A stretch of 64,000 nt of DNA, from IMG/VR virus record IMGVR_UViG_3300025936_000018. One strand, 5' to 3'. This stretch comes from a virus (lineage: Duplodnaviria > Heunggongvirae > Uroviricota > Caudoviricetes). A program made the position numbers and the translations under genes. The notes beneath the pieces were generated by a model. It saw only the letters and a program-made list of their open reading frames with translations, made no database searches and had not been told where the DNA came from. Shown in pieces: positions 1 through 8,818 of this stretch (position 1 is its first letter; every line of letters starts with the position of its first letter).

Positions 1-60
1 ACGTGTCGATCGAGACGGCGAAGCCGGTCTCTCGAGCGAGCCGGCGCTGCTCGAGACTCT

Positions 61-300
61 TCATGAACGCAGCCGTCCCTCCACGAGCACCGGCACGATC
101 CGAACGGGCGGCTCGGGCGTGTGCAGGTTCGTGATCGTGACGGCCGGCTCCGGCGGCAGCGCCTTCAAGAGCCGGCGCACGTCGCGGTAGTAGTGCCGCG
201 CCCATTCGCGTTGAGTGTGCGGCCGGCGCGCGTCATGCGCCACGTTCCACGCGTCATCGGCACGCGCTTGCAGTGCCCGACGATCGACCCGCTCAGCCAT
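61..300 (-). CDS. hypothetical protein
   Basis: ORF-track frame; internal ATG at 300 overlaps the stop of the upstream Cys-rich gene; high GC3. Confidence 0.3.
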   Translation of the reverse strand: MAERVDRRALQARADDAWNVAHDARRPHTQREWARHYYRDVRRLLKALPPEPAVTITNLHTPEPPVRIVPVLVEGRLRS

Positions 301-499
301 CGCGGACAACTCCTATCACGGTCAGGTCTAGGAACGGCGGCTCGCCTCGGTTGTCGAGCAGATCGAGATGCGCGCAGCAGAAAGCCGAGTCGACCTCGTA
401 CTCGCCGTCGTCCTGCGTGACGATCGTGAACACGCGGCGATGAACGCCGTCCTCTTCGCACCCCGGCACGCAGCACTCATCGACCTTCGGCTTAGCCAC
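293..499 (-). CDS. small Cys-rich protein (CxxC...CC motif)
   Basis: 68-aa ORF MAKPKVDECCVPGCEE...AFCCAH; acidic with Cys cluster, not Arg/Ala-noise-like. Confidence 0.4.
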   Translation of the reverse strand: MAKPKVDECCVPGCEEDGVHRRVFTIVTQDDGEYEVDSAFCCAHLDLLDNRGEPPFLDLTVIGVVRDG

Positions 500-628
500 G
501 CTCGGACTCCGAGTAGAGCAGGAGATCGTCGCCGAGCGTCTCGATCCGCTCGCCGACGTCCATCAGGCGAAGGCCGACCCAGCCGACGAAGTACCGCCAG
601 ACCCGCGCGACGTCACGCATTGAGCCAC
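497..628 (-). CDS. small hypothetical protein (43 aa)
   Basis: Manual translation MRDVARVWRYFVGWVGLRLMDVGERIETLGDDLLLYSESERG; below the ORF-track size cutoff; packed between flanking genes. Confidence 0.25.
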
Positions 629-795
629 CCGTAGACCAGCGCGGCCGTGCGCGGCGAGCCGCCGAAGGCGTCGATCAGCGACGGCACGGCGTCGCGGACT
701 TGGCGAGCCGACTCAGCGACCGACATCAGGTGCAGGCTCTCCGATTCTGTGTCGGGCACGAACTCGTACCCCATGCGCTCGAGCGCGGCTAACAC
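613..795 (-). CDS. hypothetical protein
   Basis: 60-aa ORF with balanced composition; in the operon context. Confidence 0.3.
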   Translation of the reverse strand: MLAALERMGYEFVPDTESESLHLMSVAESARQVRDAVPSLIDAFGGSPRTAALVYGWLNA

Positions 796-881
796 CGCTC
801 ACCCCGGCGCCGTGACGACGGCGTGCTTGAGCCGGAGAAGGTCCGAGAGGACACGCTGTCGGCGCAGCGCCGCGGTGATCA

Positions 882-1067
882 TCAGCGCCGCCCCTTGTCG
901 GCGTCCTCGGCCAGCTGGTCGGCTGCGTGCCGAGCCGAGCAGAAGTGCTGAGCCTTACCTCCGTCGATCGACTCGACCTTGAGCCACGGATCGGGCAGCA
1001 TCGGCGGAAGATCCTCCTTGCGCGTCTGCGGACAGCCTTCGCGGTCGCAATGGATCAGCGTGCTCAT
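882..1067 (-). CDS. small zinc-ribbon-like protein
   Basis: Internal start MSTLIHCDREGCPQ...HFCSARH at 1067; its ATG overlaps the TGA of the SPFH gene (TGATG). Confidence 0.35.
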   Translation of the reverse strand: MSTLIHCDREGCPQTRKEDLPPMLPDPWLKVESIDGGKAQHFCSARHAADQLAEDADKGRR

Positions 1068-2122
1068 CACTTCGCTCCGGCGATGACACCGATCTTGCTC
1101 CCACCGGGCCAGCACGAGAAGCCGGCCGGGACAGGCTGGTTCTCCTTGACCATCTCGCCGAGGATCGTCATGCACTGCGCGACGAGGACGTTCGGTGACG
1201 TGTCGACCGACTTCGCGAGCGCCTTGTTGGCCTCCGCGAGCTTGACGTTCGTCTGGCGCTGCTGCTCCGCGATCAGGGTCGACGCGAACTGCTGCTGTAG
1301 CTGGTTGATTCGGTTCTGCGTCGCGGAATCGAACGTGACGATCGGGATGATCGTGTTCAGGATCTCAATCCCCTCGACGCCGATCTCCCGCTTCATCTGC
1401 TCGGTCACCGCGTTCGCGATGTCGGACAGCGACGGGTTCTTCTTCCCCGTCGTCGCGGCGGCGGCAATCGAGTTGAGCGGGTTGTAGTCCTTGAACTGCT
1501 CGTTCACGGCGGCGGTCAACTCACGCGTGACGAGGCTGTCGCGGACGTGCTCGAACGTGCGGTAGTTCTGGAAGAGCTCGTCGCTCATCGCCGGGTTGAT
1601 CCGCCACCGAATGCTGATCGACACGTCGGCGGTCTGCTGGTTCCCGATGCGGACCGCGATGGGTGCGCCGTTGTCGTTGTTCGCTCCGGTGTAGCTGTCG
1701 GTCTGGATCGCGGCGTCCATCTCGGTCACGCTCTCCCACGGCGCGATCAGGTGCGGCCCGTTGCCGACGTGTCCGCTCACCGCGCCGAACGACGTGACGA
1801 TGCCCTCGTTCTTCGTCGACACGATCGCGAACGAGAAGCCGAGCGTCTCGAGCACTGCGATTACGAGCAGACAGATCAGCGCGATCTTCGACACCTTCCG
1901 CTGGATCGCGTACGAGTCGGCGTTGGCCAACTTGGGCGCCGGCGGCGGCATGTACCGCCCCTGCCCGGCGTCGATGGCCTGCCGCTTCGCTTCCTCGTCC
2001 GCTGCGGCATGAGCGGCGAGCTCTTTCGCGTGTGTGTCGAGATGACGTTCCGCGCTGCGCTTCAGCAGCCACGCGACGAGCGCCGCGGCGAGAAGCAGTG
2101 CGGTGATGACGATCCAACCCAT
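1067..2122 (-). CDS. SPFH/band-7 (stomatin/prohibitin/HflK-like) membrane protein
   Basis: 351 aa; N-terminal TM helix (IVITALLLAAALVAWLL); central SPFH-like core (VSISIRWRINP...FQNYRTFEHVRDSLVTRELTAAVNEQF); C-terminal coiled coil (QQQFASTLIAEQQRQTNVKLAEANKAL). Confidence 0.7.
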   Translation of the reverse strand: MGWIVITALLLAAALVAWLLKRSAERHLDTHAKELAAHAAADEEAKRQAIDAGQGRYMPPPAPKLANADSYAIQRKVSKIALICLLVIAVLETLGFSFAIVSTKNEGIVTSFGAVSGHVGNGPHLIAPWESVTEMDAAIQTDSYTGANNDNGAPIAVRIGNQQTADVSISIRWRINPAMSDELFQNYRTFEHVRDSLVTRELTAAVNEQFKDYNPLNSIAAAATTGKKNPSLSDIANAVTEQMKREIGVEGIEILNTIIPIVTFDSATQNRINQLQQQFASTLIAEQQRQTNVKLAEANKALAKSVDTSPNVLVAQCMTILGEMVKENQPVPAGFSCWPGGSKIGVIAGAK

Positions 2123-2748
2123 GTGCGTTTCCTCCTAGTGGTGAACCTTGCGGGATAGGTACAACCGTGGTGCGTGAGCGGCCTGCTCAGCCAGCGCGAA
2201 GGTCCTCCGGGACCGCCGACTCGGACAGGCCAGCGGCGAGCGCGAGCGGCGCGCGGGAGATCCGGCCGGATGTTCTTCCAGAACCGGTGCGCCTGCCTGA
2301 TCGCGCGCTTCGCTTCGGCGTGGATCTGCGCGCGGTCGCGCTCGTTGGTCGCGCCGAGGTAGAGCGCCTTCGACCAGCGCAACTCCTCGCCGACCCACTC
2401 GCCGTGATCGTTGTCCTTCGCCTCCTCGATCAGCGCTTCGGAGAACTGGCCGTCCTCGGCGAGCGCGGCGCGGCCGGCGTCGGTGATGTAGAAGTCGGCG
2501 CTCGCGCGCGGCTCTCGGTATTTGATCCGAACGAGCCCCTTGCGCTCGAGCGCGAAGAGCGTGCCGCGCCACGAGTGGCCGACGCGGAATGCGGGGCGCT
2601 CGTTGTCGCCGGCGAGGACACCGATGCGGACGGGTGCGAGCGGCCGGTCGGCGCCGGCGAGCACGGTGAGAGCGGCGAGCTCGCGCTCGGAGAGCTGCGT
2701 GGCTACCGCCACGCGAACGTCCTCCCGAGCATCCCGAGCAGCGTCCAC
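2062..2748 (-). CDS. winged-helix DNA-binding regulator-like protein (3' end uncertain; overlaps the SPFH start)
   Basis: N-terminal 170 aa look genuine (GVLAGDNERPAFRVGHSWRGTLFALERKGLVRI = wHTH-like); C-terminal tail is Arg/Pro-rich and may be read-through. Overlaps the annotated SPFH start by 60 nt. Confidence 0.4.
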   Translation of the reverse strand: MDAARDAREDVRVAVATQLSERELAALTVLAGADRPLAPVRIGVLAGDNERPAFRVGHSWRGTLFALERKGLVRIKYREPRASADFYITDAGRAALAEDGQFSEALIEEAKDNDHGEWVGEELRWSKALYLGATNERDRAQIHAEAKRAIRQAHRFWKNIRPDLPRAARARRWPVRVGGPGGPSRWLSRPLTHHGCTYPARFTTRRKRTWVGSSSPHCFSPRRSSRGC

Positions 2749-2888
2749 ACCGCCGCGATGACGAGCCAGACGACCTCGATCATCGGCACGCGGCCGCCGC
2801 CGAGTGCGATGACGAACGCGCCCGAGACGAGTCCGCCAATGCCGAAGAACATCGAGCGGCCGAAGAACCGCAGCACTCGCCGAAGCAT
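2703..2888 (-). CDS. small membrane protein (2 TM)
   Basis: 61 aa, hydrophobic (FGIGGLVSGAFVIALGG...VVWLVIAAVWTLLGML). Confidence 0.4.
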   Translation of the reverse strand: MLRRVLRFFGRSMFFGIGGLVSGAFVIALGGGRVPMIEVVWLVIAAVWTLLGMLGRTFAWR

Positions 2889-3128
2889 CTAGGCGACGGC
2901 CTTCTCGCGTCGGACCCAGACGGCGACGGCGCTTGGATACGGCTTGCCGTCACGCATGAATGCTCGCTGCTCGACGCGCACGTTCTCCTCGCCGTACTTT
3001 TCGTGGAGCTCGGTGAGTGCGTCGTCGATGCCGGGCGCGTACGCCGTCGCCTTGCGCGCGTAGTTCGAGAGGAAACTCCAGTCTCCGACATCGTCCCATA
3101 GAGGGGTAGCAGCAGAGCGCTCGTCCAT
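2889..3128 (-). CDS. hypothetical protein
   Basis: 79-aa acidic ORF; start preceded by the TAGTAC..TCGTAC leaderless-promoter-like motif (3131-3148). Confidence 0.45.
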   Translation of the reverse strand: MDERSAATPLWDDVGDWSFLSNYARKATAYAPGIDDALTELHEKYGEENVRVEQRAFMRDGKPYPSAVAVWVRREKAVA

Positions 3129-3227
3129 CAGTACGACTGTACTACAAGCGTCGGAGCACCGCTAGGCCGTACGCAGTGGTGTAGACGCCATGCGATTACA
3201 CCAATACGACGGAATCGGCCCGATCCG

Positions 3228-3908
3228 TCAAGCAGTGGTGACGAACTGCGCCGCGGCGTCAAGCGCGGCGGCGGCCCACTCCTCGAGCTCCATGCCGGCG
3301 TCGCTCGCGGCCGCGCGCCAGCGGTGCACGCGGTCATCGACCTCGAACTCGAGCGTGAGCTGCTCCGGCAGCGCGACGACCTCGGCCGGCACGCGCGGCG
3401 CGCGCGGAGCTCGCTTCTCGACCGCGGTCTTGATCTTCGCCGCGGTCGCGGGACCGTCCGCGCTGGCCTCCGCGAGCGCCTCGCGCAGCGCCGGCGGATC
3501 GTCGAGCAGCGGAACGAGCTCGCGCGCCTGCCGCTCGTTCGGAATGGCAACCATGGTTGACACTTGTGCCGCCTCAATCATCTGGTGGCCGCGCTGTCGC
3601 GAGAAGCCGAACTGCTCCTTGCAGTACGCCTCGAAGCTGCTGTGCTCGTCGCGGTAGAGCCGGCGGTCGCGGATCTCGAGCAGCGCCATTCCGACCTCGG
3701 CGAACGTCTTCAGGCCGGCGCGGACGATCTGCTCGAGCTCTTGGACGCGCTCATGCTCGGCGTCGGTCAACGGCTCGAGCGCCGGCGTGGCCGCGGAGCC
3801 GAGACTCAGCCGCTCAACGCTGGCCTGCTCCGGCGCTGGCTCGCCGCGCTCGCATCGCTTGCAGAACGACGTCGCCGGCGTCCCGTGCGGGCACGTCTTC
3901 TCAGCCAC
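3228..3908 (-). CDS. DNA-binding protein, DUF3102-like (LYR..FE.YC..FG.S motif)
   Basis: Motif LLEIRDRRLYRDEHSSFEAYCKEQFGFSRQRGHQMIEAAQV is typical of a phage HTH family. Start reassigned to GTG 3908, overlapping the upstream stop (GTGGCTGA). Confidence 0.5.
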   Translation of the reverse strand: MAEKTCPHGTPATSFCKRCERGEPAPEQASVERLSLGSAATPALEPLTDAEHERVQELEQIVRAGLKTFAEVGMALLEIRDRRLYRDEHSSFEAYCKEQFGFSRQRGHQMIEAAQVSTMVAIPNERQARELVPLLDDPPALREALAEASADGPATAAKIKTAVEKRAPRAPRVPAEVVALPEQLTLEFEVDDRVHRWRAAASDAGMELEEWAAAALDAAAQFVTTA

Positions 3909-4089
3909 GAGTCGTGCTCCGCTCGAGCTCTGCCACGCAGCGGTCGCAGTCCTTCCGGTACGACGGGCAACCCTCGTCCTGGTGGAGCGCGAGATCGAGC
4001 GCGTCACGAGCTCGCTGCGCCCAGTTGTGATCGCCGCTGTAGCTGCCGAGCAGCCGCCGGACTACCTGCGGCAGCACCGGCTCAGCCAC
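3901..4089 (-). CDS. hypothetical protein
   Basis: GTG start at about 4087 (VAEPVLPQVV...); acidic C-terminus with Cys pairs. Confidence 0.35.
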   Translation of the reverse strand: MAEPVLPQVVRRLLGSYSGDHNWAQRARDALDLALHQDEGCPSYRKDCDRCVAELERSTTRG

Positions 4090-4270
4090 GCTTGCCCTTC
4101 GTGAAGCGGTGCCACCAGCGCGGCCGGTCAACGGCGTGCCGGCGGGCGATGTCAGCGACAGCGTGGAGGCCCGAACGGTCGAGCTCGTCGGCCATCGCCA
4201 TCGTTACCGGCCGGCGCGGGATGTCCGGCAACGTGATCAACGAGCGCGCGGCGAGGTCCTCGTTCATCGA
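4082..4270 (-). CDS. hypothetical protein
   Basis: Internal Met start MNEDLAARSLITLPD...; the upstream part of the ORF is Arg-rich noise. Confidence 0.3.
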   Translation of the reverse strand, partial: SMNEDLAARSLITLPDIPRRPVTMAMADELDRSGLHAVADIARRHAVDRPRWWHRFTKGKRG

Positions 4271-4665
4271 ATCGCTCCGATCTCTCGCGCGTTGGCGTAC
4301 GCGGCGTGACTGTCGTAGACGAGTCGGCCGCGCTGACTCGCGGTTAGCTGCGCGACGAGCATCGCGAGAGCGAGGCCGGCAGCCGAGCGCGCGTCTCTGA
4401 CCGCTTCGTCGGCGAGCCATTGCTCGTAGTTGTCGTCCTCGCAGATCGCGTGGAGGAAGTTGATCTCCTCGTACAGTCCCTCCGCGATCGCGTGGTCGAT
4501 CACGCGCTGAACTTCGGCAACGGTCGGTCGTCTGCCGGCGAGTTTGCCGTCGGTCACGTCACGATCCGCGCCGTGCTCGAGCCTCGATGTCGGCGAGCTC
4601 CTGCCGGCCGCGGTTCGTCGTCCACCGATCCGGCTGCCCCGGGATCGGCGTGTCGTCCGTCTCAC
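4264..4665 (-). CDS. hypothetical protein (start uncertain)
   Basis: C-terminal 100 aa have balanced composition (VIDHAIAEGLYEEINFLHAICEDDNYEQWLADEA...). Confidence 0.35.
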   Translation of the reverse strand: MRRTTRRSRGSRIGGRRTAAGRSSPTSRLEHGADRDVTDGKLAGRRPTVAEVQRVIDHAIAEGLYEEINFLHAICEDDNYEQWLADEAVRDARSAAGLALAMLVAQLTASQRGRLVYDSHAAYANAREIGAIR

Positions 4666-4849
4666 GCACGCGGACGTGGTCCATCTCGCGCGCCTGCGTG
4701 TCGTCGACGCCGCCGAGCATCTGCCGACGGTGGCTCTTGATCACCGACCGGATCGTGCCGCGCGGGACGACCTGCGCCTGCGTGCCGTTGACCACGCGCC
4801 CCTCGCGCGGCTCGCCGCCGCGCGCGCGCCGGAGGCCGAGCCTCATGAC
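4559..4849 (-). CDS. hypothetical protein
   Basis: Internal Met MRLGL...; ATGA overlap with the upstream membrane-protein gene at 4843-4849. Confidence 0.25.
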   Translation of the reverse strand, partial: VMRLGLRRARGGEPREGRVVNGTQAQVVPRGTIRSVIKSHRRQMLGGVDDTQAREMDHVRVRETDDTPIPGQPDRWTTNRGRQELADIEARARRGS

Positions 4850-5043
4850 CCCCGCCGATCTAATGACCGCCGCCGGCCTATCTCGAAGATGCTGAACACG
4901 AGATCGGCGGCAAGGATCCCAATCGCGATTCCCGTGAGCAGCGCTCCTCCTGCGTCGTGGCGCGCGAGCGAGTCGGACGCGCCCGCGACGAAGAGAGCCA
5001 TCAGCGCGACAGTGAAAATCAGCCGGATAGCCTCCCGCTTCAC
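4843..5043 (-). CDS. small membrane protein
   Basis: 66 aa with two hydrophobic helices (LIFTVALMALFVAGA; LLTGIAIGILAADLVF). Confidence 0.35.
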   Translation of the reverse strand: MKREAIRLIFTVALMALFVAGASDSLARHDAGGALLTGIAIGILAADLVFSIFEIGRRRSLDRRGS

Positions 5044-5293
5044 GCCGGCGCACCGACCGAGAGCGCTTCCCCGTCAAGCGGGAACGCGGAGCCGGCGCCT
5101 TCGACGTCGAGCCGGAGGACGAGCTCGTCGCCGACGAGCTCCGCAGCGATGACCGTGCCGACCGGCTCGCCGGAGTCGCCTCGGCGATCGACCAGCGGCT
5201 TGCCGACCGCTTCAGCTGCGTGCTCCGCCGTCCACCTGTAACCGCGCGGCGACGGAAGCCTGACTTCGACCTCGATGCTCACCGGCACGATCA
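5040..5293 (-). CDS. hypothetical protein
   Basis: MIVPVSIEVEV... start region carries TAGTATGATCGTGCC, a copy of the leaderless-promoter-like motif. True start may be GTG 5281. Confidence 0.35.
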
Positions 5294-5502
5294 TACTAGA
5301 GCGAGACGACGAGGCCGTCCTCCCCGAAGGTCGAACGGCCTCAGTCAGTCGCGAGTGCGGACTGCGCCTCATGATCCCGGGAGGCCAGCGGTACCCGCCG
5401 AAGCGGTTACGTTGCCCGACCCGGTGATCCCGTGGACTGCGCCAGCCGCCCACGGTTTCGCTGGCTCGGCGGAGTGCCCCGCTGCTCGCGTCGCGCAGGC
5501 TA

Positions 5503-5682
5503 TCACGCGCGCTTTCGGTTCGCGCGCTTCCGCGTGACGACGTGCTCTCGCCCCTGCGGATCCTTGAACACCTTGCCCGGCTCGTTGCCGGACGAATGCT
5601 TGTGGCTCTTGCCAGCACTCGTCGGCGCCGTCGCCGGCGGCCCGAGTTTCCGCTTCTTGTGGGGAGACGACCACATGCCCAT
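5503..5682 (-). CDS. small basic (Lys/His-rich) protein
   Basis: MGMWSSPHKKRKLGPP...; high GC3; SD GAGGAGG 8 nt upstream of the ATG; below ORF-track cutoff when started at this ATG. Confidence 0.4.
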   Translation of the reverse strand: MGMWSSPHKKRKLGPPATAPTSAGKSHKHSSGNEPGKVFKDPQGREHVVTRKRANRKRA

Positions 5683-5730
5683 CGCGAACACCTCCTCTCG
5701 AGGCGTCGTCGGTGCAGGGCATGTCGCGTG

Positions 5731-6657
5731 TTAGGTCGTCATCACTCCTCCGGCGCGGAGAATAGCGTCAGCGCCCTCCGCGCGGAGGCGCTCGAGCATG
5801 TCCCTCGCAGACGACGGCGTGATGCCGGAGAGCCGCGCGAGCTCAGCCGGGAACGGCCAGTAGCCCTGCCGCTCGAGGTACTCGAGCGCGATGTCGCGCG
5901 ACGTCAGGCGCCGGCTGGGATCCGATGGGCGCGCGAGCGCGCGTCGCGCTTGGTGGACGGTGCTCGCGGTGCCGTGGATCTCGAAGCCGATGGAGTAGCC
6001 ACGCGCGCGCAGGCCTGTGTCGTTCATGCAGAGCCGGCAGCTCGAGCACGTCACGTCGTCGCGAGTCTGCGCCGGGCACGGCACGATGTCGGCGCCAGAG
6101 TGGGAATAACGCGACGCGTCGCGGAATCCGTCGACGACGAGCGATGTCGCGTAGCCGCGCGCGCGGGCGAGCTCGACTTGCTCGGCCGTCTCGCACGAAG
6201 CGAGCACCGAGACGCGACCCCACGATTCGCGGTCGACGAGCCGCCACGCGTGCGTGTACGTCCAGACGGTCCCGCCACCGCGATCCATGTAGCGCTCGGC
6301 GGCAGCGGCGACGATCCGCGCGGCTTCGTCGGTGCGGCAGTCGCCGACCGTGTGTAGCCGCATCGGTCGGCCTTCTATGGTTGAACCATAGAGCGCGTCG
6401 ATCGCCGCGGCTTCCTCGAGCGCAACGGTGTGAGGATCGGCGTGTGAATATTCAGCAGCTTCATTCAGCGGCTTCGTCACGCCGGTGTAGAGCCGCCCGT
6501 TCTCGGCGTAGCAGCCGCCGCCGTTGAAAAACACGCAGGAGCTCGGGCATGAAGCCTGCGCCGCGTAGGTCGTCGCGCAGTCGCCGATCTTGGCGTTGTT
6601 GCTCTTCGCGACCGCGATCGCCAGGATGCCCTGTTCGGTAGAGAGTCCGCGCTTCAT
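5731..6657 (-). CDS. Cys-cluster protein with C-terminal winged helix (SCPSSC...GGGCYAE motif)
   Basis: 308 aa; N-terminal Cys motif resembling the DUF5131 (Gp37/Gp68) GC..CYxE signature; a second cluster VPCPAQ...CSSCRLC; C-terminal wHTH (RDIALEYLERQGYWPFPAELARLSGITPSSARDMLERL). Confidence 0.55.
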   Translation of the reverse strand: MKRGLSTEQGILAIAVAKSNNAKIGDCATTYAAQASCPSSCVFFNGGGCYAENGRLYTGVTKPLNEAAEYSHADPHTVALEEAAAIDALYGSTIEGRPMRLHTVGDCRTDEAARIVAAAAERYMDRGGGTVWTYTHAWRLVDRESWGRVSVLASCETAEQVELARARGYATSLVVDGFRDASRYSHSGADIVPCPAQTRDDVTCSSCRLCMNDTGLRARGYSIGFEIHGTASTVHQARRALARPSDPSRRLTSRDIALEYLERQGYWPFPAELARLSGITPSSARDMLERLRAEGADAILRAGGVMTT

Positions 6658-7976
6658 CGGTCGAGCTCATGCTCGAGCGCGTCGGCTGCGGCGCGCATGC
6701 CCGCGATCAGCGCTCGCGCATAGGCATGCGGCAAAGATACTTCAACTCCCTTTTCGGGCGATGTCTCGTGAATATTTTCGTGAATATTCCGCACCCCGTT
6801 TTCGCGCTCTCGCGCCTCGAACGCGTGCGCGGCGTCGCGGATCTTCTCGGCGAGCGCGCGCGACTGGTCGATGGCCTGCTCCGCCTTCGGCTCGTTGCCG
6901 TCGAAGCGCGCCTGCTCCGCGACCCTCTGGCCATCGTTCTCGATCTCGTCGGCGGCCATGTACGCCTCTTCCGGCGTGGCGTACGTGAGACCGGTCCCGC
7001 GCACGCGTACGCGCTTCGCCGGCGCGGCCGCTGGCTTGAGCGGTACGCCGCCGCGCGTCGGCCGCGGGAAGCCGGCCGCCTCGATCGCGTTCGCCCACGA
7101 GCCGAACCGCGCCTTCACGGTCGACGTCGTCGGGTAGCCCTCTATGTGGCGAGCCCACTCCGTCGATGTCGGCGGCTCGCCGTACTCGCGGCGCCAGCGC
7201 TGGATCGCGTCGATGATCTCGGCCTTTTCCCACGCGCGCCGGCGCGCTTGCTCGTTCTCGGGGCGGGACGGCTCCTCGCCGACCTCTGAAGCCGGCGGAG
7301 CCGAGACGGAAACCGAGGCAACCCCGCCCGGCCCTTCTGCATCCGCCATCGGTTCCCGCCCCGATTCGTGCCCGGGAAGCGCGTAGACGCCGCGCTCGAC
7401 TCGGACGATCTTCCCCGACTTGACGTGCGGCAGCAGCCAGCCGCCGATGTTCTCGCTCGAGTAGCCGACTAGCGCCGCGAGATCCGCGAGCCGTTGCGGG
7501 CCCAGCTCGAGCGCAGCCATGACTTCCTTGAGCAGCTGGCCGCGCGCGCGGTGCGGCCGGCGCTCGGCCGGCGCGCTCGAGGACTGATCCGGAACTGATC
7601 CAGAACTGAGCTCGCCGCTCTCTTCCGGATCATCGAGCTCGTCATCCTGCTCGAGCACGTCGTCGACGTCGAGCAGCGCTTCGATGTCGATCTCGGGCTC
7701 GACCTCGCGGAGAGGCTCGCCGGCGTCCATCCGATCCAGGAGCGCGCGCCCGTCGACAGCGCCGGCGCTCACGCCTGCCGCCAGCGCCGGACATGCACGG
7801 CTCGTTGGACCGCCTGGATAGTGCGGTACCGGCTCGAGATCAGCCTCGCAGCCGCAGCCAGAACACGTCTCGACCGTCTCGCCGTGATCGCGACGCCGAT
7901 CGACGTTCGCGACCGATGACCGGTAGTCGATGAAGTTCGGCTGCCACCGCTCGACGTCGCCGCCGGTGAGACCCAC
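6654..7976 (-). CDS. protein with zinc ribbon, winged helix and homing-endonuclease-associated repeat
   Basis: 440 aa; ETCSGCGC ribbon; wHTH (VMAALELGPQRLADLAALVGYSSENIGGWLLPHVKSGKIVRV); EWARHIEGYPTTSTVKARFGSWANAIEAAGF resembles an HNH-associated repeat. ATGA coupling to the downstream gene. Confidence 0.5.
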   Translation of the reverse strand: MGLTGGDVERWQPNFIDYRSSVANVDRRRDHGETVETCSGCGCEADLEPVPHYPGGPTSRACPALAAGVSAGAVDGRALLDRMDAGEPLREVEPEIDIEALLDVDDVLEQDDELDDPEESGELSSGSVPDQSSSAPAERRPHRARGQLLKEVMAALELGPQRLADLAALVGYSSENIGGWLLPHVKSGKIVRVERGVYALPGHESGREPMADAEGPGGVASVSVSAPPASEVGEEPSRPENEQARRRAWEKAEIIDAIQRWRREYGEPPTSTEWARHIEGYPTTSTVKARFGSWANAIEAAGFPRPTRGGVPLKPAAAPAKRVRVRGTGLTYATPEEAYMAADEIENDGQRVAEQARFDGNEPKAEQAIDQSRALAEKIRDAAHAFEARERENGVRNIHENIHETSPEKGVEVSLPHAYARALIAGMRAAADALEHELDR

Positions 7977-8016
7977 GAGGCTAAACGGGACGCGCGCGGG
8001 TTGCGCACTCAGGTTC

Positions 8017-8268
8017 CTACTCCCACGCGGCGTCCTCGAAGTCGAACGCGATCGGCTCTCGACCGGAGATCACGATGAGACCGCCGTTCAAGCCGAGCTC
8101 GTCGTTCGGTCTGACCGGCAGATCGAACGCCCGGAACGGCTCGCGCGCGCGGCGCGACGAGACGATGATCTCGTCGGGTCGGAAGCCGGCGACTCTGGCC
8201 TCCGTGACCTCGCGGTGGATCACGTCGAAGTCGTGACGGCTCAGCGGCGCTCCAGGTATCTCAGCCAC
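8017..8268 (-). CDS. hypothetical protein
   Basis: GTG start 8268, 5 nt after the upstream stop. Confidence 0.35.
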   Translation of the reverse strand: MAEIPGAPLSRHDFDVIHREVTEARVAGFRPDEIIVSSRRAREPFRAFDLPVRPNDELGLNGGLIVISGREPIAFDFEDAAWE

Positions 8269-8273
8269 TCCGC

Positions 8274-8567
8274 TCACAAGCACATCCCGAACCTGACGTA
8301 CCGCTTCGATCCGTCGACGCTCCGCATCCCCTTCGTACGGTACGTCTTGATCTCGATCTGCACCTTTCGAGCCGGTCCCGGTTCCCACGTCAGGACGTGA
8401 ATCGTGAACCATCGGTGCTCGTAGTGGAACGGCGGCTCGGGATCCTGCCAGCGGAGCCAGCCGACGATCCATCCGCGACGACGGAACGGGCGCCGGCCTC
8501 GCGAGATGTTGCGCTCGTCGATGTAGCGCGGACGGATGAACCTCCGCCGCGGCGTCTTCGGCTTCAT
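8274..8567 (-). CDS. hypothetical Trp-rich protein
   Basis: 97 aa (WIVGWLRWQDPEPPFHYEHRWFTIHVLTWEP); non-noise composition. Confidence 0.4.
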   Translation of the reverse strand: MKPKTPRRRFIRPRYIDERNISRGRRPFRRRGWIVGWLRWQDPEPPFHYEHRWFTIHVLTWEPGPARKVQIEIKTYRTKGMRSVDGSKRYVRFGMCL

Positions 8568-8818
8568 CTCTCGGCGTCCTCCGGATACGCCTGCTTCAGC
8601 GCTTCGGCGACGAGAGCCGTCGCGGTACGCCGGTGCCGCGGCCAGCGTCTCACGAACGCGCGACGGACGAGCCGCTTGCCTGACCGGTCGAACACCTTGA
8701 CGACGTAGTTCGCGCGGGTGGCCGTGCCGGTCAGATCGTTGCTGATCTCGATGTAACCGATCCGCTCGAGATGAGCGCCGGCGCCGGCCTTGTCGAGCGT
8801 GATCTCGACGCGAATCAT
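8564..8818 (-). CDS. hypothetical protein
   Basis: Internal start MIRVEITLDKAG...; ATGA overlap at 8815-8818. Confidence 0.4.
   Translation of the reverse strand: MIRVEITLDKAGAGAHLERIGYIEISNDLTGTATRANYVVKVFDRSGKRLVRRAFVRRWPRHRRTATALVAEALKQAYPEDAER

Noticed and set aside
2062-2122. 60-nt overlap between the wHTH-like gene and the SPFH gene
   Set aside because: More likely reflects an uncertain start or stop assignment (alternative downstream SPFH start) than a genuine long overlap. Not treated as a frameshift.
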